Source: an uncultured delta proteobacterium
GTDB lineage: Bacteria; Desulfobacterota; RBG-13-43-22
Assembly: GCA_963843145.1 (NCBI GenBank)
Contig: CAWJJC010000020.1
Location: 448,001-512,000, forward strand
DNA length: 64,000 nt
Direction of reading: 5' to 3'
Shown here: piece by piece, positions 9,534 through 18,646 of the stretch
Position numbering within the stretch: position 1 is the stretch's first letter
Layout: every line of letters begins with the position of its first letter
Program-made: the position numbers and the translations under genes
The notes under the pieces: generated by a model
What the model was told of the DNA's origin: nothing
The model's database searches: none
The model's input: the letters and a program-made list of their open reading frames with translations, nothing else

Positions 9534-11880
9534 TTACTTCTTTTCTTGCAGCGCCCGCCAGATCCGTTCGGAGGTGATGGGCAGTTCGTTGATGCGTACG
9601 CCGGTGGCGTCGTAGATGGCATTGAGGATGGCCGGGATGACGGGCATGATGCCTCCTTCGCCGACTTCCTTGGCCCCGTAAGGACCGTTGGGCTCGCCGC
9701 TTTCGATGATCAGGGACTGGATCGCCGGCACGTCCAGGGCCGTGGGGATCTTGTATTCTCCCAGGGAGGCGTTCAGGATCTGGCCCTTATCGTTGAACTT
9801 CACTTCTTCGAACAGGGACTCGCCCAGCCCCATGGAGACCGAGCCCTCCATCTGGCCTTCCACCTGCGTCCGGTTGATGGCCAGGCCGCAGTCGTGGGCG
9901 TCGGTGACCTTGTCCATGGTCACCTCGCCGGTTTCCAGGTCCACAGTCACCTCGGCTATCATGGCCGAACAGCCGTAGGCCGGGGAGGTCCCCACCGCCG
10001 CGCCCTTGAAGGACCCGCCCAGCTTGGGGGGCTTGTATTTCCCGGTACCCACGATGGTCCCCTTTTTCAGGTAGGCCAGGCGGGCCGCTTCCTTGAAGGT
10101 CAACTGGGTCTCCTGCGGCGGATCGCCCCAACCGCGGTGTTCCTTGATGTACCCGATCCGCAGGGCCTCGAAAGTCCGGCGTTTGCCCTTTGAAGGCGAT
10201 CAGACCGTTTCGGACCATAATCTCCTCCACAGGCACGTTCAAGGTCTCGGCGAGCACTTCCAGCACCTGGCGCTTGGCGTCCTCGGCCGCCTGCTTGGTG
10301 GCGTGGCCGGTCATCAGGGTCTGGCGGCTGGAGTAGGCCCCCAGGTCCACCGAATAGTCCGTGTCGCCCGAGACGATCCGCACATCCTCGAGCCGCACCC
10401 CCAGGGCCTCGGCGGCGATCATGGCAAAGGCCGTATCCGACCCCTGTCCGATTTCGGCGCTGCCGGTCTGTACCAGGGCCGTTCCCCCGTCTTCCGCAAG
10501 TTTGATCACCACCGTGGCATGATAGGTGTCGGAACGGTAGATGGGGTAACCGGCCCCGGAGACAAAGAACCCGCAGGCCATGCCGATGCCCTTGCCCTTG
10601 GGCAGCTTCCCCTTTTTTAATTTCCAGTCGGAGTTATCGCGGATGGCCTCGATGCACTCTTTCATGCCCAGACTGCTCATATCCAATTCGTTGCAGGTGA
10701 TGTCCCCGGTTTCCATGATGTTTTTCAGACGCATTTCCAAGGGATCCAGGCCCAGCTCCTTGGCGATCAGGTCCAACTGCTGCTCGAAACCGGCTCGAGC
10801 GGCCACCCCGCCGTGGCCCCGCTGGGCCCCACAGGCCGGCTTGTTGGTATAGAGCCGGAATCCGTCATATTTCATATTAGGCAGCTTGTAGGGGCCGCCC
10901 AGCAATGATCCGGCGTAATAGACGGTGGCGATGCCGAAACTGGAGTAGGCCCCTCCCTCCAGAAAACACTCGTTGTGCAGGGCCATCAGGGTCCCGTCCT
11001 TTTTCACGCCGGTCTTGAAAGTGTGAAAGAACTGATGCCGGCCGCGGCTGTGAAGAAAGACCTGCTCCCGGGTAAAGCCCATCTTGACCGGCTTGAGGGT
11101 CTTCATGGACAGCAGGCAGCTCAGCAGTTCCAGGGCGGAAGCCGCCGCCTTGGGCCCGAACCCGCCCCCCACGTAGGGCTTCACCACCCGGACCTTGCCG
11201 ATGGGCAGTTTCAGCACCATGGCCACGGTCCGCTGCACATAGTGGGGGACCTGGGTGGAGGTGTGGAGGGTCAAGTAGCCCTGCCCGTCGAAGACGGCCG
11301 TGCAGGCGTTGGGTTCCAGAAAGGCCGCGTCCTGCCTTTTGTTGACGAATTTGTGCAGGTGGATAAAGTCGCATTGAGCGAAGGCCGCTTCCACGTCCCC
11401 GAACTCCTGATGCACTTCGGCGCAGATGTTGCGGGGAAAATGCTCGTGTACCAGGGGCGCGCCTTCGGCCATGGCGGCCACGGGGTCGAAGACCGCCGGG
11501 AGCTCCTCGTATTCCACCTTGATTAAACCCAGCGCTTCCAGGGCGGTTTCCTGGTCAATGGCCGCCACGGCCGCCACTTCATCTCCTACGTAGCGGACCT
11601 TGTTCACCGCCAAAATAGTCTCGTCGTAGCGGGCCGGGGAAACTCCGTAGGGAATGATCTCCAGGTCTTTAGCCGTCACCACGGCCTTGACCCCCGGAAG
11701 GGCCTTGGCTCGGGAGGTGTCGATGTTCAGGATGCGGGCATGGGCCAGAGGGCTTTGCAGGATAGCCCCGTAGAGCTGGTTGGGGAATGTCAGGTCATCG
11801 GCGTAAATCGCCTGGCCGGTGGATTTGGCCGGGGCATCCAATCGCGGCGCCCGGCTGTTGATCACGCTGTATTGGCTCAT
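9534..11880 (-). CDS. hcrA: 4-hydroxybenzoyl-CoA reductase alpha subunit (Mo-binding, xanthine oxidase family); +1 frameshift at ~10171-10173
   Basis: GGGFGPK, QRGHG, AEIGQGS, SSRQT, GAKEVGEG motifs. Removing one T from GAC TTT C joins ORFs 9787-11880 and 9534-10103 into one frame. Context: pps/ppc genes. Confidence 0.82.
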
Positions 11881-11930
11881 AGGTAATTCCTTCCTTATGA
11901 ATGGATCTGGGCTGGAATGCGGGACGGTCT

Positions 11931-12398
11931 TCAGCCGTCCGCTTTAACGGAGGCGATGGCCTCCACGATCTTCTGGTATCCGGTGCAGCGGCAGAGATTG
12001 CCGCTGATGGCTTCCCGGATCTCTCTTTCCGTGGGCGCGGGATTTTTATCCAGCAGGGCCTTGCTGGTCAGGATCATACCCGGACTGCAGAATCCGCATT
12101 GGATGGCACCGAGATCCACAAAGGCCTGCTGCAGGGGATGCAGTTTTTCCCCATCGGCCAACCCTTCAATGGTCGTGATTTCCTGCCCGTCGGCTTCGAC
12201 CGCCAGGACCAGACAGGAATTGACCGGCTTTCCGTTCAACAAAACCGTACAGGAGCCGCAATCCCCCACGGCGCACCCTTGCTTGGTCCCGGTAAGACGT
12301 AAATTTTCCCGCAGCACCTGGGTCAGGGTCTTATTCACCGGGATGACCAGATCGTATTCCTGGCCGTTCACTTGCAAATTAATGGTCATCTTCTTCAT
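11931..12398 (-). CDS. hcrC: 4-hydroxybenzoyl-CoA reductase gamma subunit, 2x[2Fe-2S]
   Basis: GCAVGDCGSC...SC, QCGFCSPG, NLCRCTGY. Confidence 0.85.
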   Translation of the reverse strand: MKKMTINLQVNGQEYDLVIPVNKTLTQVLRENLRLTGTKQGCAVGDCGSCTVLLNGKPVNSCLVLAVEADGQEITTIEGLADGEKLHPLQQAFVDLGAIQCGFCSPGMILTSKALLDKNPAPTEREIREAISGNLCRCTGYQKIVEAIASVKADG

Positions 12399-12408
12399 CT
12401 GCGCTCTC

Positions 12409-13302
12409 CTAAGCCGTTTTCATGAGCTGTTGATAGGCGGACATCAGGGTCCGGACGGTTAAAATCTCGATCAGGGCCCGGCGGTACTCGGCCGATCCGC
12501 GATGGTCGTCAATGGGCTTACCATCCCGGGCGGCCGCCCGGGCCGCTTCCAGGAACAAGGAATCCCCTGATCCCACGGGCTTTTCGCCTTTCAGGATCTT
12601 TTCCGCCGATTTGGCCCGGAGCGGGGTGGGCCCCACGGCCCCCAAGGCAATTCGCGCCTGCCGGATGGATCCCTCCGGACCCAATTCCAGAAAAGCGGCC
12701 ACATTGACCAGGGAGATCTCCAGGGCCTTGCGGGAACCCAGCTTCAGGTAGGCGCTGCCGCAGGGACCTTCGCAGGAGGGGATATAGATTTGGGATAGAA
12801 TTTCTTTGGGTTTGATGGAGGTTTTCCCGGGACCTTTGAAAAACTTCTCCACTTCCAATTCCCGCTCCCCGTCCTTGTTCTTTAAAATCAATTGCGCGCC
12901 TAAAACCATTAGAGGCGGGGCGAGATCCGAGGCCGGCCGGGCGGTAACGATATTTCCGCCCAGGGTGGCCCGATTGCGAATCAGGGGAGATCCCAACCGT
13001 CCGGCCCCCTGGGCCAGAACGGTCAAATGTTCCTGAACCAGTTCCGATTCCGCCAGTACGCTCGCGGTAACCAACGGACCGATGGAGATCCCTTTCCCTT
13101 TCTTAGGAATAATCTCGTTGAGGCCTTTGATCTTATTCAGGCTTACCACCTGCTGGGGGGCCAGGACTTTTTTCTTCAGGTTGACCAGGAGATCGGTCCC
13201 GCCGGCCAGGAGCTTGGCCTTGGCCCCGAATTCCTCCAACAGGGCGCAGGCCTCCCGCAGGCTTTTGGGGGCCTGGTAGTCAAATTTGGGCAGTAACATC
13301 AT
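12409..13302 (-). CDS. hcrB: FAD-binding subunit of 4-hydroxybenzoyl-CoA reductase, without the [4Fe-4S] insertion
   Basis: AGGTDL, IRNRATLGGN, DHRGSAEYR; no Cys-rich loop after ATLGGN. Confidence 0.8.
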   Translation of the reverse strand: MMLLPKFDYQAPKSLREACALLEEFGAKAKLLAGGTDLLVNLKKKVLAPQQVVSLNKIKGLNEIIPKKGKGISIGPLVTASVLAESELVQEHLTVLAQGAGRLGSPLIRNRATLGGNIVTARPASDLAPPLMVLGAQLILKNKDGERELEVEKFFKGPGKTSIKPKEILSQIYIPSCEGPCGSAYLKLGSRKALEISLVNVAAFLELGPEGSIRQARIALGAVGPTPLRAKSAEKILKGEKPVGSGDSLFLEAARAAARDGKPIDDHRGSAEYRRALIEILTVRTLMSAYQQLMKTA

Positions 13303-13425
13303 ATCCTCCTATTTAGTATGGTTGCGGGCTACGAGATCTTTTACGGAATTTATCCTGAGCCCAAGACCGAGACCCTTCGCGGAGTCTTTCCCGCCTGCGG
13401 GACTCAGGCTGACCGGTCAGCGCGA

Positions 13426-13779
13426 TCAATCGGGCCAATGGCTTAATTCCAACTCAATAGGTAATTCGGCGGCCCAAGCTTTCAAGAGCAGGGCATTGGC
13501 TTTGGCCTGGGCGATCCGCAAGGCCTGGATTTCTCCGGGGTCGATTCGTTCCGCCAGAGGAAAAACCAAGCAACTGAAATAATGCCAGTCTTTATACCCC
13601 CCAAAGGGCGTACCGTCAAGAGGACGATTGCCGGCTTTGATCCCCCGGGCAATCTGCAGGTCTACCGGCACGACCACATGATACCGCTGCCCGTCCGGAG
13701 AAATCCCAATATACCCTTCGTTGCCGCATCGGTCGTCCAAGGTGGCCCGGAGAATGTCGTTGAAGTCGATGGTCATCAT
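13426..13779 (-). CDS. conserved hypothetical protein
   Basis: Operon-like spacing after the ThiS-like gene; GTPFGGYKDWHYF motif; no family recognised. Confidence 0.7.
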   Translation of the reverse strand: MMTIDFNDILRATLDDRCGNEGYIGISPDGQRYHVVVPVDLQIARGIKAGNRPLDGTPFGGYKDWHYFSCLVFPLAERIDPGEIQALRIAQAKANALLLKAWAAELPIELELSHWPD

Positions 13780-13788
13780 TATAATTAT

Positions 13789-13989
13789 TTATCCACCAAA
13801 GGCCGGATGGATCAACTCCAGCACATCCCCTTCTTTCAACGGGGTCGCTTCGTAATCTTTCTGATGGATAAACCGGTGGTTCAACTCCACAATCATGTGG
13901 ACCTCAAATTCCTGATTGCTGCTGATGACCGAGGAGACCGTGCTGTTCTCCGGCAGTTCCTCCTGAAATCCGTTTAAAATAATCCGCAT
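13789..13989 (-). CDS. ThiS/MoaD-family sulfur carrier protein
   Basis: 66 aa ubiquitin-like pattern (I.LNG...VELN...LKEGD.LELI) ending in GG. Confidence 0.85.
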   Translation of the reverse strand: MRIILNGFQEELPENSTVSSVISSNQEFEVHMIVELNHRFIHQKDYEATPLKEGDVLELIHPAFGG

Positions 13990-14039
13990 GGCCCAACCCG
14001 AAATATCCGGTAAAGACTTTTTGCCTTTAGTTAACCTAC

Positions 14040-14675
14040 TTAAATAGTTGACGTTTCGTCTTTTCGTTCCGCCGAACCCGTTCTAGCCAATGACTCCCGA
14101 ACCAAACGCCTGGCCGTGGGGGTCCGAAACCAGGTCTTGGATCCCTCCAGGAGAAACCGGCGGCCCTCCTGCAAATAATTCTCGCCGAACATCTTTCGGT
14201 AACGCTGCAGGCTTTCTTCACCGAAGCGGTCCAGGCGATCCGCCTCCATGACCAGGATGGCCTCCGGATCCGGCAGGGCCTGAATAGCATCCGGTAGATC
14301 ATGAACGGCGATTATCTTTAGAACCAATTCTTTTTTGCCTTTCGGAAAATCAAGGGGATCCAAAATTTCACGGGCCAGGACAGCGCCTTGAACCATATGT
14401 TCCTTTAGACTGCGGGTCTCCTTTTTTTTCTCCGGCGGGGCCTGCACGAAATCATCAAAGGAAACCCGGCTCCAGCCGATGTCGTGGAGCACCAGGGCGG
14501 TCAGGACGACCTCCGGATCCCCTTTTTCCTCATTCAACAAGGCCTTACCATATGCGATGGCCCTGAGGGTATGATCCCAGTCATCGGGCCGCCCCTGGAG
14601 CAAATAGGGCCGTGCCTTCTCCTTAAGCTGAATTTCCCAGGGTGTTAAGGAACCCGCTGACTTTTCACCCGACAA
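14040..14675 (-). CDS. HD-domain metal-dependent phosphohydrolase
   Basis: H(TLRA)...LHDIG...H...VHD...EADRLD; overlaps the upstream gene by 11 nt. Confidence 0.85.
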   Translation of the reverse strand: MSGEKSAGSLTPWEIQLKEKARPYLLQGRPDDWDHTLRAIAYGKALLNEEKGDPEVVLTALVLHDIGWSRVSFDDFVQAPPEKKKETRSLKEHMVQGAVLAREILDPLDFPKGKKELVLKIIAVHDLPDAIQALPDPEAILVMEADRLDRFGEESLQRYRKMFGENYLQEGRRFLLEGSKTWFRTPTARRLVRESLARTGSAERKDETSTI

Positions 14676-15939
14676 GCTTTTCTCTTTTCCTATCCCTGGA
14701 TTTCAAAAAGGGACTCTCGGTAATTTCCCGAAAAGTCCGCACCACTTCTTCGGCAAATCGGGGATCATTGATGTGAGCCGGGATTTCCTTCACTCTGATC
14801 CCCGGGGGGGCGCTTCGTTTAATCGCCTCGATAAACACCCGGTCGACGGCCAGATCGAAAAAGGATTTTCCCGGACTGTCAAAGACCGAATATCCTCCGG
14901 AGGGCAGCAGGAGCGCTGTGGGGCCGGCGGCCAACTTTAATTTTTCCGCCACCACCCCGGCCAATCGTTTCATCTCCTGGGCGTTGGTCCGAACCACACA
15001 AATAGCCGCATTATGCACATGGATCGGACGGTTTTTATAGCGAGGCGGGAGGGTTTCCGGCGGTCCGGTGACGATAAAATCGATGTTGCCCGGGATGAGG
15101 ATCGTCGGCAGCCCTTTGGTTAAAGCCGCTTCCAGACGGTGGGCCCCGGCGTCATAGGACCCTTTGAAAAGATGGTCCACCAATTCATGAAGCGAGACCT
15201 CGATGACGGCTTGCGGTTCCCCCTCCACCACCAACTCCTCCAGAGCCTGGCCCCCGGAGCCGACGGTGTGAAACACCGCCAATTCCCAGCCCGACTTTTC
15301 CAGGTCCGTTCTGAAATGACGGATACAGGCTTCGGTAGTCCCCAGGGTGCTTACGGCGATCAGCGGCGTCTCAAAATGTTTCTTGCTCCGAGGGGTGAAC
15401 CGGACCATCCCAGCCATAGCCCCGGCCGCCTGAGACAACACCTGCCGAGTCATGCGGTTGAGCCCCACTAAATCCACCACCGAATGGTACATGAGGATAT
15501 CTTTACTCCCCACGAACGGCCGGGTATCCCGGGAAGCCATGGTGGAAACCATGAGTTTGGGAAACCCGAAAGGCAAGGCCCGCATGGCGCTGGTGCCGAG
15601 AGTGGTCCCCATGGATCCCCCCAGGCCGATGATACCGTCGATTTCTTCCTGATCGTAGAGGTCCCGGACCACCTTGATGGCCCCCTGCACCATGGTCCCC
15701 ATGGCCTTGCCTTCATGCCCCAGGCGGCGCAGGGCGGCCAGGGAACTCCCGGCCTTGCGGGCCAGGGCGCTGGCCGGAATATCCGCCGGGCTGGTCGCGC
15801 CACTCAAGATTCCCCCGTCAATCACCAGAACATTCACCTCGGCCTCCCTCAGTCGCTCTCTCAGGAAAGCGACCTCGGATCCTTTAGTATCCAGGGTGGC
15901 CAGAATGGCTACGGTGGGCTTGGCCTTTGTTTTTTTCAT
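14665..15939 (-). CDS. UPF0261 / Tm-1-like ATP-binding domain protein (copy 2)
   Basis: ATLDTKG, GLGGSMGT, RALPFGFPKLMVST, FHTVGSGG, HINDPRFA; ATG at 15939 with SD AGGAAGGA. Confidence 0.88.
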   Translation of the reverse strand: MKKTKAKPTVAILATLDTKGSEVAFLRERLREAEVNVLVIDGGILSGATSPADIPASALARKAGSSLAALRRLGHEGKAMGTMVQGAIKVVRDLYDQEEIDGIIGLGGSMGTTLGTSAMRALPFGFPKLMVSTMASRDTRPFVGSKDILMYHSVVDLVGLNRMTRQVLSQAAGAMAGMVRFTPRSKKHFETPLIAVSTLGTTEACIRHFRTDLEKSGWELAVFHTVGSGGQALEELVVEGEPQAVIEVSLHELVDHLFKGSYDAGAHRLEAALTKGLPTILIPGNIDFIVTGPPETLPPRYKNRPIHVHNAAICVVRTNAQEMKRLAGVVAEKLKLAAGPTALLLPSGGYSVFDSPGKSFFDLAVDRVFIEAIKRSAPPGIRVKEIPAHINDPRFAEEVVRTFREITESPFLKSRDRKREKLVG

Positions 15940-16063
15940 GGTGTCCTTCCTCATAACCTCGCAAAAAGTCAAAAAACGACTTTCTGCTCGGCGGGGGAGG
16001 GCTTCCCCTCCCCCGCCATTTGAAATGAATTCAAATGGTCCCACCCCTACCCCAGCCCGGCGC

Positions 16064-16681
16064 TTAATCGCGCTCGGGCTGCTGACGGACCTCTGGCGAG
16101 TCCATCACACCCGCCCAGCGTTTAAAATCCGGAACTTCGATATCGAAGAGGTCCAAAATTTTTCCGATGCTGTGCCGGATGATATCTTCCAGGTCTCTGG
16201 GTCGATGGTAAAAAGCCGGTACGGGCGGAAAGAGGATCGCCCCCATATCGGTCAACCGCAGCATTAATTCCAAGTGTCCCCGGTGCAGCGGGGTCTCCCG
16301 CACCGCCACCACCAGCTTGCGCCGTTCTTTCAAGGTCACATCCGCCGCTCGAATCAGGATGTTGACGTTGAAGGAGTTGGCCAGGGCCGAAAGGGTTTTA
16401 ATGGAACAGGGCAGGATCACCATGCCCCTCGTCCCTTTAAAAGACCCGCTGGAAACCGGAGCGGCGATATCGTCGAGATCATAGCAGACCGTGGCCATTT
16501 TTTTTACCTGCTCCACGGCATAATCCGTCTCCAGTTCAATCGTGCGTTCGGCCGCCCGACTGAGGATCAAGTGGGTGGCGATGTTTATTTTCTGCAGGAT
16601 CTCCAGCAGCCGGATGCCGTAAATGGCCCCCGAGGCCCCGGAGATGCCGATGATTAGTCCCTGGTTGGGCATAGATACCAC
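16064..16681 (-). CDS. ubiX: flavin prenyltransferase UbiX
   Basis: GISGASGAIYG, SSGSF, PCSIKTL, RAADVTLKERR, RETPL, PPVPAFYHRP. Confidence 0.95.
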   Translation of the reverse strand: MVSMPNQGLIIGISGASGAIYGIRLLEILQKINIATHLILSRAAERTIELETDYAVEQVKKMATVCYDLDDIAAPVSSGSFKGTRGMVILPCSIKTLSALANSFNVNILIRAADVTLKERRKLVVAVRETPLHRGHLELMLRLTDMGAILFPPVPAFYHRPRDLEDIIRHSIGKILDLFDIEVPDFKRWAGVMDSPEVRQQPERD

Positions 16682-16776
16682 ATTTCCTTTAAATCGACCC
16701 CCTCCACCCTGCTTTTAGGGGAGAGGGAACAATCAAATCTATCTCAGGTTGTAATAGTACGTTCCCTAGGTGTATT

Positions 16777-17205
16777 TCATTTTTTACTCCCTCTTACCCA
16801 TCGTGGGGGAGAGGGTTGGGGTGAGGGGGTTCCAGCCTTTTCAATGATCTTCCGGGTCAACCGCTCTGTCATATTTACGATGGTCTGGATCTCTTCCGGG
16901 TTCAAATTATCCCAATGGATACCGGCGGTGACCACCACATTTTTCTTAAGGGCCGAGGCCAATACCTCCGATACCCTCCTGGCGGTTACATCCTCCTTAT
17001 GCCCCAACAAGGTCAGCACCGAAGAAGTCGCGCTGGTCTTCTTCTTATCCCGCAAACTGGGACGGGGCAGCGCCAGGGCTACGGCCCCGATATGGGGGTG
17101 GGTCCCGCCCCAGACGGCGACCAATAAATCCCGCCCCAGGGATTTTACCAAGGCCTCCAATTTAAAACGCCCCTCTTTGATGGAAACGGAAATAGGCTTC
17201 ATCAT
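16777..17205 (-). CDS. lpdD: LpdD-like prenylated-FMN binding/chaperone protein
   Basis: DLLVAVWGGTHPHIGAV, GHKED, VTAGIH match LpdD-family motifs as recalled; adjacent to ubiX. C-terminal TPSPQPSPPRWVRG is encoded by a repeat. Confidence 0.7.
   Translation of the reverse strand: MMKPISVSIKEGRFKLEALVKSLGRDLLVAVWGGTHPHIGAVALALPRPSLRDKKKTSATSSVLTLLGHKEDVTARRVSEVLASALKKNVVVTAGIHWDNLNPEEIQTIVNMTERLTRKIIEKAGTPSPQPSPPRWVRGSKK
16788..16830. repeat. CCCTCTCCC...GGGGAGAGGG palindromic repeat family (related copies at ~16697-16727 and 41707-41751)
   Basis: CCCTCTTACCCATCGTGGGGGAGAGGGTTGGGGTGAGGGGG versus CCTTCCCCTCTCCCCTAGGTGGGGGAGAGGGCGGGGTGGGGGGG. Confidence 0.65.
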
Positions 17206-17254
17206 GGATATCGGCGTTCCCCCTGCCGGCCCCCCGGTCCAGAAAGGTTGGACC

Positions 17255-18493
17255 TCAGGGCTTGAGGACTCTGATCATAGCCTCCACCGCGGCTCGGGCG
17301 AAGGCGGGATCATTTAAATAGGCCTCAACGGTCTGAATGGTGATTTCGGGTTTACAATGCTGCCGGAGGGTTTCGGTAAAGAACCGATCCTCTTCCGGAT
17401 CATAGGCGGCGCTGCCGGGGGCATCCGCCGTAGACCAGCCCCGGGTAGGGATCAGCAGGATCACCGGTCCCTGGGCCTGATTCAGTTTCCCGGCCATTAC
17501 TTCGGCCACTTGTTTTAATTCATCCGTACTCAAACGAAGCCAGGTGCGGTCCTTATCCAGATCGTATTTGCGCCGCTGGGCGTAATCCGGTTTATAGTTT
17601 TTCCGGCTGGGGCTCATGAAATTCACCCCGCTGGGGGCGATCACTTGCGGGATACCCAACTTTCCGGCCGCCTCCAGCCGCTTCGATCCGGCGGCCCGCA
17701 TGCCGCCCAGGAGCTGTTCGCCCACCCCGCCGGGGGCCAGATCCACCACGCCGTCGAAATAGCCTTCGGCGATCATCTCTTCCATCGCCCGATCGCAGAT
17801 GCCGGCGGCGTGAAAACCGATGACCTGGAAACCGGCCTGGGTAAGACCGGCCTGGATGAGGTGAGCGCAGGGATCGCAAGGTCCGAACATGGACAGGGCG
17901 ATCTGCTTTTGGGCCGATCCTCTGGCCGCCTCCGCGGAGAACCGAGGTTCCTGGGCCATGGCCCTGACCGCCCGGGCGGCCCGATTAAGCACATTTTTCA
18001 AGTGGGGACTCAACCCGGAGAGCTCAATAACTGTGTGAAAGAGCATGATGTCGCCGGTCCCGATGTAGCGGGTGGAGAGCCCCGGCAGGGCGGCGCTGGA
18101 GGAAACCATGACTTTGGGAATTCCAAAGGGCAGCGCGCGCATGATGTTCGTGGCGATCATGGAAAGTGTGGCCCCGCCCAGACCAAGGACGCCGGCCAAC
18201 CGGCCTTCCTCCAGCAGTTTCCGGGCGATCTTGACCGCCCCCTGGGTCATATCCCTGGTAATACCGGTCCGATCGCGGGAGGCGCGGACGGCTTCAATCG
18301 TAGTTCCTCCTTGCAAAGCGACTTCGTCCGGCAGGATATCCCCCTTCTCCCTGGCCGCCGCCCCCATGGACAAATCCATGGTCAGGGCCCGGCCGCCCAG
18401 CGCCCGGATCTGATCCTGCAAATAAAGGGTTTCCTGCGCCTTGGTATCCAAGGTTGAAATAATCAGAATGGCTGAGTCTATGGAATTTATCAT
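17255..18493 (-). CDS. UPF0261 / Tm-1-like ATP-binding domain protein (copy 1)
   Basis: STLDTKAQE, GLGGAT, MRALPFGIPKVMVSS, MFG, FHAAG..DRAMEE, YLNDPAFA. Confidence 0.88.
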   Translation of the reverse strand: MINSIDSAILIISTLDTKAQETLYLQDQIRALGGRALTMDLSMGAAAREKGDILPDEVALQGGTTIEAVRASRDRTGITRDMTQGAVKIARKLLEEGRLAGVLGLGGATLSMIATNIMRALPFGIPKVMVSSSAALPGLSTRYIGTGDIMLFHTVIELSGLSPHLKNVLNRAARAVRAMAQEPRFSAEAARGSAQKQIALSMFGPCDPCAHLIQAGLTQAGFQVIGFHAAGICDRAMEEMIAEGYFDGVVDLAPGGVGEQLLGGMRAAGSKRLEAAGKLGIPQVIAPSGVNFMSPSRKNYKPDYAQRRKYDLDKDRTWLRLSTDELKQVAEVMAGKLNQAQGPVILLIPTRGWSTADAPGSAAYDPEEDRFFTETLRQHCKPEITIQTVEAYLNDPAFARAAVEAMIRVLKP

Positions 18494-18518
18494 AAGCTAT
18501 CGCGTTTCCTGTTGACAA

Positions 18519-18641
18519 GGACCAAAGGATCGAGGAACGAGGATAAAGGTTTCTAGATCCTTTTTCCTCGTTCCTTTATCCTTAATTTGTTGTCTGATTT
18601 TTTTGCCTTTCCGCTTTGCGCTTTGCCCTCCGCGCTCTGCG
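18519..18641. repeat. heptamer-periodic palindromic element
   Basis: AGGATCG AGGAACG AGGATAA mirrored by TCCTCGT TCCTTTA TCCTT; followed by TTTGCCT TTCCGCT TTGCGCT TTGCCCT CCGCGCT. Confidence 0.6.
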
Positions 18642-18646
18642 TTTTC

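Noticed and set aside
10165-10180. Programmed ribosomal frameshift in hcrA
   Set aside because: No canonical slippery heptamer or precedent known to me; a homopolymer indel is simpler.
9534-13302. Xanthine or CO dehydrogenase
   Set aside because: The KEVGEG motif, lack of the CoxL AYxCSFR motif and the pps/ppc context favour 4-hydroxybenzoyl-CoA reductase.
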